A DNA stretch of 52,553 nucleotides from an uncultured Gammaproteobacteria bacterium (GTDB taxonomy: Bacteria; Patescibacteriota; Microgenomatia; Levybacterales; UBA12049), in assembly GCA_964635045.1 (NCBI GenBank), contig CAZWMJ010000005.1, forward strand, positions 1 to 52,553, in the 5' to 3' direction. A model generated the notes under the pieces. It ran no database searches and was not told the DNA's origin. It worked only from the letters and a program-made list of their open reading frames with translations. Below, piece after piece: positions 17,685 through 25,568 of this stretch (position 1 is the stretch's first letter; the number at the start of each line of letters is the position of its first letter). Position numbers and translations under genes: made by a program.

Positions 17685-17755
17685 CGCGAGTAGTTCAGTG
17701 GTAGAACGTCTCGTTGCCAACGAGAAGGTCGCCGGTTCAATCCCGGTCTCGCGCT
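17684..17755 (+). tRNA. tRNA-Gly(GCC)
   Basis: GCGCGAG acceptor, TCTCG-TTGCCAA-CGAGA, U73. Confidence 0.96.
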
Positions 17756-17784
17756 CAAGGAGTCTGACTCGGCTAATTATTGCT

Positions 17785-18144
17785 ATGATATTTTGGGGAA
17801 AGGTAAGAAAACGAAGCGGCAGAGGCAAAACGCTTGGTTTCCCAACGGCAAATGTTAACTTGCGCAAGCCGATTTCTCAAGGAATTTATATTTCCCAAAC
17901 CAGAGTTGGGAAGAATTTGTATCATTCGGTTACTTTTATCGGCCAAGCCAAAACCTTCAACGAGACCAAGTTTCAGGCGGAGAGCTATATTTTCAACTTT
18001 AACAAATCAATCTACGGTCAATGGATATCTATGTATTTGATTAAAAAGATTAGAAATAATAAAAAATTTACCTCTAAAGAAGATCTTGTTAAAGAGATAA
18101 AAAAGGACATTACAAAAGCCAAAGCGTATTTTAGCCGATTGTAA
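17785..18144 (+). CDS. stand-alone riboflavin kinase (RibF C-terminal domain only)
   Basis: GRGKTLGFPTAN, QGIY, ESYIFNF and IRNNKKF motifs; start moved to ATG 17785. Confidence 0.88.
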   Translation: MIFWGKVRKRSGRGKTLGFPTANVNLRKPISQGIYISQTRVGKNLYHSVTFIGQAKTFNETKFQAESYIFNFNKSIYGQWISMYLIKKIRNNKKFTSKEDLVKEIKKDITKAKAYFSRL

Positions 18145-18279
18145 ATAACGGAAGTCGATTTTATCTTCCTAAACCACAGTAAAAAATAATCAAGGGCTGT
18201 TATACCAATTACTCCTGACCAGAGCTGCATTGATGTGCCCTTGAGTAAAACACAACAGACCGATTCCCTACCTGATAGT

Positions 18280-19038
18280 TTAGGGAAAAACAGCTCCCTG
18301 TGTTCTTCCATGATTTGTCGAGATGTCATATTGAACTTCTTGTTGTTTATATTTGTCTAGAATTTCGTTTCCCAGATTTATTACTCGCTGATTATGTTCA
18401 ACGCAATTATTAGAAAAAGGTAAACTGTAGAGAGCGTCCATGATTTCTTGAGTAGCCCCAGTTGCAATATCCTGATGCCCGCTTTCATGATTTTTTAAAG
18501 CCTCAATATACTTAGTCCATTTTGAATCCAAATTTGAATCGGGATTACCTGGTTTAATCCATTTAGGGAAGGTAAAAACTATATTTATTCTAACGAATGG
18601 TAGTTCATTACAAGGCTTCGACCAAATAATATCCCACTTTGTGTATGCATCATGTCTGCCATAGGAATCGGTAGGCCCAAGAGTATTCATTTGTTGTCTT
18701 AGATCGTTTTCCGTTAGTCCCTGAATATTATAATAATTTGTAACAATGTTTAGACCTATTTTTGGTTTACTAGACTTTACGGTATTTTCAGGTTGTTTAT
18801 CTTCTATAACTGTTTTTCGTGTGGGGGAAGGAGAGAGGGCCTCGTTATTATTGATTGTATCTTTATTTAAATCATTCGATATGCGAGTTTTTTGAGATAT
18901 ACTTATTGAATTTCCTTCGATATAGACGCGATAACCCAAAGACTGTAATCCTATGTATACTGTTATAAGTAAGATAGAGCAAATAAATAATATTCTTTTT
19001 CTCGTAATTTTTTTTAAAAATTTTTGTGACCCATCCAT
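18280..19038 (-). CDS. membrane-anchored DUF922-like putative Zn protease
   Basis: N-terminal TM; TFPKW, HESGH (HExxH) and YDISTNHGRTQG. Confidence 0.7.
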   Translation of the reverse strand: MDGSQKFLKKITRKRILFICSILLITVYIGLQSLGYRVYIEGNSISISQKTRISNDLNKDTINNNEALSPSPTRKTVIEDKQPENTVKSSKPKIGLNIVTNYYNIQGLTENDLRQQMNTLGPTDSYGRHDAYTKWDIIWSKPCNELPFVRINIVFTFPKWIKPGNPDSNLDSKWTKYIEALKNHESGHQDIATGATQEIMDALYSLPFSNNCVEHNQRVINLGNEILDKYKQQEVQYDISTNHGRTQGAVFP

Positions 19039-19065
19039 AATTTTCTTCTCTTACTAGCTGGCCGT

Positions 19066-20277
19066 TTATCGAAAATGTCGAATTTCTTGGATTTTGGTTT
19101 TATTAAGAGGCAGTTCAACAGTAAAGCTTGTGCCATTTTTTGGAATACTAGAAACTTTAATTCTCCCACCATGCATTTTAACTATCTCAGATGTTATAAA
19201 AAGGCCTACACCCAACCCTTTTTTATATTCCTTAGGTCCCGATGCATGTTTAAAAAGATCAAAGATAACTTTTTGTTCTTGAGTAGGAATTCCTATGCCC
19301 TCATCTTTAATGATAAATTTTCCCCAACCTCCGTTCATAAAAATCTTAATTTCAATTGGTTTGCTTTCCCCATATTTTATTGCATTCGAAATAAGATTTG
19401 TAATTACTTGCTCAATTTTTACCTTATCCCATCTTCCCACAACAGATGATTTTGCGTGGATTTTTATCTTGTATTTTTCTTTTTTTAACATCTCAGAAAA
19501 ACTCTGCTTTACCTGCTCTGTTACACTCACAAGATCAGTATCTTCAAGCTGTAATTTCATCCTTCCCGTTGAAATAAGAGAAACGTCAAGTAAATCGTTA
19601 ATTATTAATGATAACCATTTTATTTGTTGTTCCGAATTATTCAACACTTTCATTAATTTCTGAATTGAAAAATTTGCGAGCGAAACATTTTGTATGCTAT
19701 TTAACATGTCATGAAGTTTTAAAAGCATTATGGCAAGAGGTGTTTTTAGCTCGTGTGATACTATGGAAAGGAATTGGTCTCTTGCCTTGATGTTCTTACG
19801 GGCTATCTCATATTCATCATATAATTGAATAAAGGTACGTGCATATGTTTTCTCTTGTTTTTTTAATTTTGTTACTTCATTAGCTTCTTTAATTAAATTT
19901 ATTAGATAGCTTATAATAATTGCCCCACCTATGAAAAAGGCGAGTTGTATATACAAAGTTAAATCCAAATCAGTTTTGTAAAAAGCTCTGAAAAGAAAAT
20001 AGGCTTCAAGCGAAATAATCCCCATAGTCAATAAAGCAGAATATAAACCACCTAAAAAAGCGCTGAGGGCTATGATTATTAGAAAAAAAAGGTAAAAAGG
20101 TGTCTTATCGGAATAAGTTTTGAATAAATCAATTGCAAAATATATAAGTATTCCAAAAAGCGTGTTAGCTCCAAATATAAAAAAATACCTTACAAGTTGC
20201 CTTTTATATGATATATACCTTTTTGAGTAATTATATAGATTAAAAAATTTGTCTTTGAAATGTGGATCATTTTTCAT
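19066..20277 (-). CDS. sensor histidine kinase (DUF4118-like TM, HisKA, HATPase)
   Basis: SHELKTPL, NLISNAIKYG, DEGIGI and GLGVGLFI motifs. Confidence 0.93.
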   Translation of the reverse strand: MKNDPHFKDKFFNLYNYSKRYISYKRQLVRYFFIFGANTLFGILIYFAIDLFKTYSDKTPFYLFFLIIIALSAFLGGLYSALLTMGIISLEAYFLFRAFYKTDLDLTLYIQLAFFIGGAIIISYLINLIKEANEVTKLKKQEKTYARTFIQLYDEYEIARKNIKARDQFLSIVSHELKTPLAIMLLKLHDMLNSIQNVSLANFSIQKLMKVLNNSEQQIKWLSLIINDLLDVSLISTGRMKLQLEDTDLVSVTEQVKQSFSEMLKKEKYKIKIHAKSSVVGRWDKVKIEQVITNLISNAIKYGESKPIEIKIFMNGGWGKFIIKDEGIGIPTQEQKVIFDLFKHASGPKEYKKGLGVGLFITSEIVKMHGGRIKVSSIPKNGTSFTVELPLNKTKIQEIRHFR

Positions 20278-20357
20278 ATAGCATTACATTAGCAGACTTT
20301 GCCTGTGTAATTCAAGTGCGTTGGTGGTTAGTCCAGGTTAATGGTATAATTTAGGCA

Positions 20358-21296
20358 ATGCAAAAAACTATCCTTATTGTTGATGACGATGATGAGCTAA
20401 GGGACTTTTTAAAAAAAGTCTTGGTTGCTAATAACTTTAAAGTAGTAGAGGCATCTGATGGAGCGCAAGCTTTGGAAGCTGTAGAAAAATACTTTCCGGA
20501 TTTAGTACTTCTTGATTTCGGATTACCAAAAGTTCCAGGAGAAACTGTTTGTGTAAAAATCAAAAAAGACCACCCAAATATTATTGTAATTGCTTTAACT
20601 AAAAAAACCCAAAATTCTGATGTTGTGCATGGTTTACAAATAGGCGCTGATGATTATATAAGTAAACCTTTCGTTGCCGAGGAGTTAATAGCCCGAATAG
20701 ATGCAAGGTTTAAAAACAAAACTACCAATGCGCAAGTTCAATCAGGAGTAGAAGAATCATTGGTGGATGAAGCAGAGTCGGGCAAAATAATCTTTAGAGA
20801 AAGTGTTGCTTTAATTATTATCCGCTTAATCTTAACAGAAGCTCTCTTTGGATTTTCGATTCTCCTTTTTAATATTTTATACTCGTATATAAATTCATAC
20901 TTAAATAATAGCGACCTCTCTACTTTGTATTTTATAGTTTTAGGAGGAGCGTTTTTAATTAACCTTATGATGGTATCTTCGATTGCCTTAAAATGGGCAT
21001 CAGAATATACTGAGATATCCAAAGAAGGAGTTGTGAGACATACCGGCATTCTTCACAAAAAAGAACAAAAATACGCCTGCAATTTTGTTGAAGGAGCTAA
21101 GCTTAACCAATCATTCCTGGGATTACTTTTTAACTACGGGACAATTGAACTATATGATCCCGCTCTTAAAGAGCAAGTTTATTTATTAAACATAGCAAAT
21201 CCTAAAAAAAATAGTGAAAAAATACAAAAGATTGTTTCAAAGCCAAAAACTCAGCCTATGCCGTTTATAGTTGGAACGAACTCAAAAACTCAATAG
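20358..21296 (+). CDS. response-regulator receiver fused to two TM helices and a bacterial PH-like domain
   Basis: ILIVDDD, LVLLDFGLP and GADDYISKPF; C-terminal GVVRHTGILHKKE and QSFLGLLFNYGTIEL; no DNA-binding domain. Confidence 0.75.
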   Translation: MQKTILIVDDDDELRDFLKKVLVANNFKVVEASDGAQALEAVEKYFPDLVLLDFGLPKVPGETVCVKIKKDHPNIIVIALTKKTQNSDVVHGLQIGADDYISKPFVAEELIARIDARFKNKTTNAQVQSGVEESLVDEAESGKIIFRESVALIIIRLILTEALFGFSILLFNILYSYINSYLNNSDLSTLYFIVLGGAFLINLMMVSSIALKWASEYTEISKEGVVRHTGILHKKEQKYACNFVEGAKLNQSFLGLLFNYGTIELYDPALKEQVYLLNIANPKKNSEKIQKIVSKPKTQPMPFIVGTNSKTQ

Positions 21297-21337
21297 TTTA
21301 ATTAAAAAATCTTGTAGGACATAAACTTATTATATAG

Positions 21338-21372
21338 CCCTTCGACCCTTCGCTATGCTCCTCGCTCAGGGA
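21338..21372 (+). repeat. repeat-family copy
   Basis: cccttcgacccttcgctatgctcctcgctcaggga shares the TCGCTWTGCTCYTC core with 23514-23563 and 26871-26900. Confidence 0.55.
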
Positions 21373-21423
21373 GTTCGACTTTTAGATTTCAGAGATAATT
21401 TGACAAATATAGTGGTTATAACA

Positions 21424-21456
21424 GTGAGCGAACCCAATTTATTGGGTGAGTCGAAC
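21424..21456 (-). repeat. hairpin repeat at the 3' end of the disrupted tRNA-Gln
   Basis: Minus strand GTTCGACTCA-CCCAAT-AA-ATTGGG-TTCGCTCAC. Confidence 0.55.
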
Positions 21457-21458
21457 TG

Positions 21459-21565
21459 CTGGGAGACTAGGATTCGAACCTAGATAGTAAGATCCAAAGT
21501 CTTACGTCTCATCGCCTTTGGCGAGACCGCGCCGAAGGCGCTGGCTACCGTTAGATGACTCATGT
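21459..21565 (-). pseudogene. tRNA-Gln(TTG) pseudogene with 36-nt D-loop insertion and lost 5' acceptor strand
   Basis: TAAGA-CTTTGGA-TCTTA arm, CTAGG-TTCGAAT-CCTAG and TCTCCCA-G are intact; 5' ACATGAG cannot pair; insertion at 21509-21544. Confidence 0.75.
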
Positions 21566-21571
21566 CTAGAG

Positions 21572-21642
21572 CTGCCGGGCTTGGATTCGAACCAAAATAG
21601 ACGGATCCAAAGTCCGTCGTCCTACCATTAGACGACCCGGCA
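21572..21642 (-). tRNA. tRNA-Gln(TTG), intact
   Basis: TGCCGGG/CCCGGCA-G acceptor, GTCT-AATGGTA-GGAC, ACGGA-CTTTGGA-TCCGT. Confidence 0.95.
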
Positions 21643-21645
21643 GTT

Positions 21646-21888
21646 CTAGACACCAATCAATTTCTTAAATGCCTCTCCATGCTTATATTTCTTTATTTGT
21701 TGTTCTCTTTTAAAGGCTTCACTTTTTGTTTCAAATTCTTCTTCATAAACAATTTCAAATGGTCTATACGGCTTTGTCGATTTATTTTTACCTGCGTTAT
21801 GAGTTCTTAGTCTTTTATATTTATCCAATGTATGACTAATGTAATACCAATCATTAATCTTACTTCTTAGAATATAGGTAACATACAT
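21646..21888 (-). CDS. minimal GIY-YIG nuclease (80 aa, YhbQ/SLX1-like)
   Basis: MYVTYILRS..YYISHT..RLRTHN..STKPYRPF..EAFKREQQIK; the second motif has S instead of G. Confidence 0.9.
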   Translation of the reverse strand: MYVTYILRSKINDWYYISHTLDKYKRLRTHNAGKNKSTKPYRPFEIVYEEEFETKSEAFKREQQIKKYKHGEAFKKLIGV

Positions 21889-21892
21889 ATTT

Positions 21893-21967
21893 GATCCAAA
21901 GTCCGTTGTCTCATCGCCTTTGGCGAGACCGCGCCGAAGGCTCTGGCTACCGTTAGACGAACCGGCA
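21893..21967 (-). pseudogene. 5' half of tRNA-Gln(TTG) with the same 36-nt D-loop insertion, broken after the anticodon loop
   Basis: TGCCGGT-TC-GTCT-AACGGTAG-[21946-21911]-GAC-A-ACGGA-CTTTGGA-TC, then AAAT-ATG of the GIY-YIG gene. Confidence 0.8.
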
Positions 21968-22042
21968 ATCCTCATAATTATAGCACAGGAAGCGATTTTT
22001 TTGCGGTTGACCTTGGCTTCTAATTCAAATTATAATAATTGA

Positions 22043-22996
22043 ATGAAATATGGTTTGTTAATTCTGCTAAGCATTCTTTTAGGAATTTTAATGTGGCTTG
22101 TTTATCCGCTGTTAAAATCCGAAAAAATTACAATTATTTCATCTTTGCCCAATTTTCTGACTATGGCAAAAAATAATCAGGTGACAACTCTTGATTTGTG
22201 GCTTCCTCAGATAGATGATAGTAATAATGAAATAGGTTTTGCGCCGAATATCTCGGCCAGATCAGCTCTTGTTTACGATTTGACTACCAATCAGGTTATC
22301 TTTGCCAAAAATCCAAAGGACAAATTGCCTATCGCTTCTCTGACTAAAGTGATGACGGCAATTATTGCTTTGGAAAATAAAAGAAAGGACGATCGTTATC
22401 TGGTGGTAAAAGACAGTCTGGTTGGCGAAAACAGCATGGGACTTGCGCTTGGTGAAGTTTTGACAATTGAGGAGCTTTTATACGGACTGCTTCTTCCATC
22501 CGGAAACGACGCGTCGGAGGTACTGGCTGACAGTTTCCCTTCCGGCAGAGAGGGATTTATCAAAGCCATGAATAGCAAGGCAATGACCATGGGACTGCGA
22601 GATAGCAATTTTACAAATCCATCCGGTTTGGAAGGAGATGGTGATCAATACTCCACCGCATATGACTTGTTGGTGATAACCCGGTACGCCATCTCCAACT
22701 TCCCTTTATTTAATAAAATCGTTGCGACTGCGCAGTACAGTATTACCGAAACTCAAACACACAAGGAATATTACTTGCAGAATGAGACCAATCTTTTGAC
22801 AAGTTATCCGGGCGTTAAAGGAGTAAAAACCGGTTACACGCCGGAGGCCGGACTATGTTTAATTACTTACCTTGACTATAATGGACATCAAATTATTAGC
22901 GTTTTGTTGGGAAGCAGTAATCGAAGAGAGGAAATGAAAGAACTTTTGGATTACTCTCTCAAAAAGTTTGGAGTTAAGATTCTCGAAAGACCGTAA
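22043..22996 (+). CDS. D-alanyl-D-alanine carboxypeptidase (peptidase S11)
   Basis: ASLTK (SxxK), SGND (SxN) and KTG motifs; N-terminal TM. Confidence 0.93.
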   Translation: MKYGLLILLSILLGILMWLVYPLLKSEKITIISSLPNFLTMAKNNQVTTLDLWLPQIDDSNNEIGFAPNISARSALVYDLTTNQVIFAKNPKDKLPIASLTKVMTAIIALENKRKDDRYLVVKDSLVGENSMGLALGEVLTIEELLYGLLLPSGNDASEVLADSFPSGREGFIKAMNSKAMTMGLRDSNFTNPSGLEGDGDQYSTAYDLLVITRYAISNFPLFNKIVATAQYSITETQTHKEYYLQNETNLLTSYPGVKGVKTGYTPEAGLCLITYLDYNGHQIISVLLGSSNRREEMKELLDYSLKKFGVKILERP

Positions 22997-23043
22997 ACTT
23001 GAAGCAAAGTCTCATTTACGATACAATGGAAACTGTAAGTATC

Positions 23044-23126
23044 GGGCGAGTGGTGGAATGGTATACACGAAGGCCTTAAGAGCCTTTGACCGCAAGGTCG
23101 TGTGGGTTCGACTCCCTCCTCGCCCA
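23044..23126 (+). tRNA. tRNA-Leu(TAA)
   Basis: GGGCGAG acceptor, AAGGC-CTTAAGA-GCCTT, long variable arm; one T-stem mismatch. Confidence 0.92.
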
Positions 23127-23127
23127 C

Positions 23128-23436
23128 ACCTGCAGAGCAGGTTTCTTAAGACTTAATGTATAAGGTTTACTTATTAAAAAGTTTAGCTAAACCTGAAAAA
23201 AGTTATGTAGGTAGAACAATTAAACCGATAGTGGAACGTTTAAAAGAACATAATTCAGGTCAAGCGAGGTCAACTAAATCTTATATACCGTGGAAGCTGA
23301 TATATTATGAACAATTTTATTGTGAATTATGTTCAGATAAAAGAGAGGTTTTTCTGAAATCGGGAAAGGGTTTTAGATTAAGAAAAATTATATTAGAAAA
23401 CCAAGAGTTATTAAGATAGTGTTCTGCTTTGCAGAA
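23128..23436 (+). mobile_element. 309-bp GIY-YIG cassette with inverted hairpin termini, between tRNA-Leu and tRNA-Pro
   Basis: Left end ACCTGC-AGA-GCAGGT; right end GTTCTGC-TTT-GCAGAA(C), where the C is +1 of tRNA-Pro. Confidence 0.75.
23156..23419 (+). CDS. minimal GIY-YIG nuclease (87 aa)
   Basis: MYKVYLLKS..SYVGRT..RLKEHN..STKSYIPWKLIYYE..KREVFLKSG. Confidence 0.92.
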   Translation: MYKVYLLKSLAKPEKSYVGRTIKPIVERLKEHNSGQARSTKSYIPWKLIYYEQFYCELCSDKREVFLKSGKGFRLRKIILENQELLR

Positions 23437-23510
23437 CGGGGAGTAGCTCAGTTGGCTAGAGCGCGCGGTTTGGGACCGTGAGGTCGGAGGTTCAAGTCCT
23501 CTCTCCCCGA
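23437..23510 (+). tRNA. tRNA-Pro(TGG)
   Basis: CGGGGAG acceptor, CGCGG-TTTGGGA-CCGTG. Confidence 0.95.
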
Positions 23511-23513
23511 CAA

Positions 23514-23563
23514 GTTTACACTGAGGAGCAAAGCCAAGTCAGACTTGGCAAAGCGACGAAGTG
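23514..23563 (-). repeat. tRNA-abutting repeat with nested GCCAAGTCAGACTTGGC palindrome
   Basis: gtttacactgaggagcaaa-gccaagtcagacttggc-aaagcgacgaagt|G, where G is +1 of tRNA-Gly. Confidence 0.75.
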
Positions 23564-23633
23564 CGGGTGTAGTTCAATGGTAGAACACGACTTTTCCAAA
23601 GTCGATACGAGGGTTCGATTCCCTTCACCCGCT
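23563..23633 (+). tRNA. tRNA-Gly(TCC)
   Basis: GCGGGTG acceptor, CGACT-TTTCCAA-AGTCG, U73. Confidence 0.95.
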
Positions 23634-23771
23634 CACAAGTTCCGAGTGGGCGGGGCGGTGCGAAGTACCGCCCATGGGTTTAGGCCTTCAGAACTCACCT
23701 TTTTGTCGGAGAGTATGAGGTTCGGGCCAAGCATTTTGTGTTTGTTGAAACTTGAGGATTTGCTCCTCCTT

Positions 23772-25499
23772 CTATCCAAAAGTAAATGCAAAAATCTCTG
23801 TTTTGTTATCCTCAAATTCGAGTCTTAAAATATGTCTCCCTGCAGTTGGTAAATTAATCAATTTATATAACTTATCTGAGTCAATCGTAACGATACCCTC
23901 TCTGTTATCCACTCCGAAATTTTGCAGTTTGTCATCAAGATAGACCTTTACTTTTGCTGGAGTACCTTTTGTACGCATGACTAGAAATACTTCCTTGGAT
24001 TCAAAGTTAAGAAGTAATTTTGCGCCTTTTTGTGGATTGGCATATTCTTCCATGACATTCCAATTGCCTGCGTAAGCAACTTGATTGCTCCCCAAACTGG
24101 TGGGAGATGTATAGGTACCAAGAGCATCTTTCTTAAGATGCTCAAGAGAAGCAAAGTTGTCAATACGTCCATATCCCAAATATATCTCAGGAGTTTTTGT
24201 TTGTACTTGATAGGTTGGATTATTTATCTCGAATGTTACATCTTTGGCACCAGTTTCTTTGAGTAAATCCTGAATTACTTCTTCGGTTTCATCATAAGCA
24301 CCTTCACCAAAATGGGTGTAGCGGATATACCCTTCCTTATCTATAATGTATTTAGCAGGCCAGTAGCGGTTGTTGTAAGCTTTCCAGGTAGCAAAATCAT
24401 TATCCTGGACAATTGGGTAGGGAAGCTTGAAGTCTTTGATTGCCTGTGCTAGATTTTTCTCGCTCTTTTCAAACTCGAATTCCGGCGAATGGACCCCAAT
24501 AATTATCAGCCCCTTGTCATTGTATGTTTTCCACCATTTTCGAAGATACGGCATAGTTCTTTGGCAATTGATGCAGCTATATGTCCAGAAATCGATGATC
24601 ACAACTTTACCTTTTAGTTGCTTAAGAGTGAGTGGGTCACTGTTAAACCACGCTCCCCCAGGAATAAGTTCTGGCGCAACTGGACCTTTCGGTAATGTCA
24701 TATCTGAGATAGGTTTACCAATTTTTGTTTTGTCTATAGGTTTTTGATTTATTTTCTCAAGCTCTTTTTTGACTGATATATTATCTTCAAATTTGGTTAA
24801 GCCAACTCCATATTGTGGGAAAGTGTTTAAAACAAATGTTTGAAACTTCCTATCAATATTAAAAAATATTCCAATGGCAGTTAGGATCATTAATATTCCG
24901 AACAGTTTTTGGATATTCCCAAGATTTGAAAGCAACCAGGGAACACGTCGAAGTGCATTTTGTCCACCAAGTATTATCAAAAACATCGGAATTGCAGTAC
25001 CCAGAGAATATGCAAGAGTAATAAGAAAGGCATCAAAAGTGACAGAGCCGGTAATTGCCAAAGATATAACAGATGCGAGGATTGGGCCGACACACGGTGT
25101 CCAGAGAAGTCCCACAGAAAAACCTATCAGTAATCCTCCGCCAAAGCCAGTTCTCTTTTGGCTACTTGGCATAAATCCTGCTAATTTGGAAAACAACCTC
25201 TCAACAACCAACTGAAACTGTGGAATAAGAAGTGATGCACCAAACCCCGCTATAACCACTACTGAAACAAGTCTCAGCATATCTGCTGAAATACCACTGA
25301 GGCGAACTATGGTTGAAAGGAAGAGAGTGAAAAAAGTAAAGCTTAAGATAAAGCCAATAACCACACCCATGGGTCGTGATTTTCCAATATTTTGACCTCC
25401 GATACTTGACGTAAGAATAATTGGGAGTATTGGTAGTATGCAAGGAGAAAGTATTGTTATAACTCCTGCTAGAAATGCAAATGCAATTAGTAATATCAT
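23772..25499 (-). CDS. dipZ: DipZ-type protein: CcdA/DsbD TM domain, thioredoxin-like domain and C-terminal domain
   Basis: SPCILPILP, WTPCVGPIL, FWTYSCINC and IGVHSPEF motifs. Confidence 0.9.
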   Translation of the reverse strand: MILLIAFAFLAGVITILSPCILPILPIILTSSIGGQNIGKSRPMGVVIGFILSFTFFTLFLSTIVRLSGISADMLRLVSVVVIAGFGASLLIPQFQLVVERLFSKLAGFMPSSQKRTGFGGGLLIGFSVGLLWTPCVGPILASVISLAITGSVTFDAFLITLAYSLGTAIPMFLIILGGQNALRRVPWLLSNLGNIQKLFGILMILTAIGIFFNIDRKFQTFVLNTFPQYGVGLTKFEDNISVKKELEKINQKPIDKTKIGKPISDMTLPKGPVAPELIPGGAWFNSDPLTLKQLKGKVVIIDFWTYSCINCQRTMPYLRKWWKTYNDKGLIIIGVHSPEFEFEKSEKNLAQAIKDFKLPYPIVQDNDFATWKAYNNRYWPAKYIIDKEGYIRYTHFGEGAYDETEEVIQDLLKETGAKDVTFEINNPTYQVQTKTPEIYLGYGRIDNFASLEHLKKDALGTYTSPTSLGSNQVAYAGNWNVMEEYANPQKGAKLLLNFESKEVFLVMRTKGTPAKVKVYLDDKLQNFGVDNREGIVTIDSDKLYKLINLPTAGRHILRLEFEDNKTEIFAFTFG

Positions 25500-25523
25500 A
25501 TTATTGTTAATTAACCTCTGATA

Positions 25524-25559
25524 CTAGTTTTTGTTTGCCCATATAAGGACAAAAACTAG
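25524..25559. other. intergenic hairpin with 11-bp arms
   Basis: CTAGTTTTTGT...ACAAAAACTAG between the thioredoxin gene and dipZ; no long U-tract on the minus strand. Confidence 0.45.
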
Positions 25560-25568
25560 CACCACAGA

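Noticed and set aside
21459-21967. Split, trans-spliced or intron-containing tRNA-Gln
   Set aside because: The 5' half (TGCCGGT) cannot pair with the third copy's acceptor strand (TCTCCCA). There is no bulge-helix-bulge or group I/II core, and an intact gene is present.
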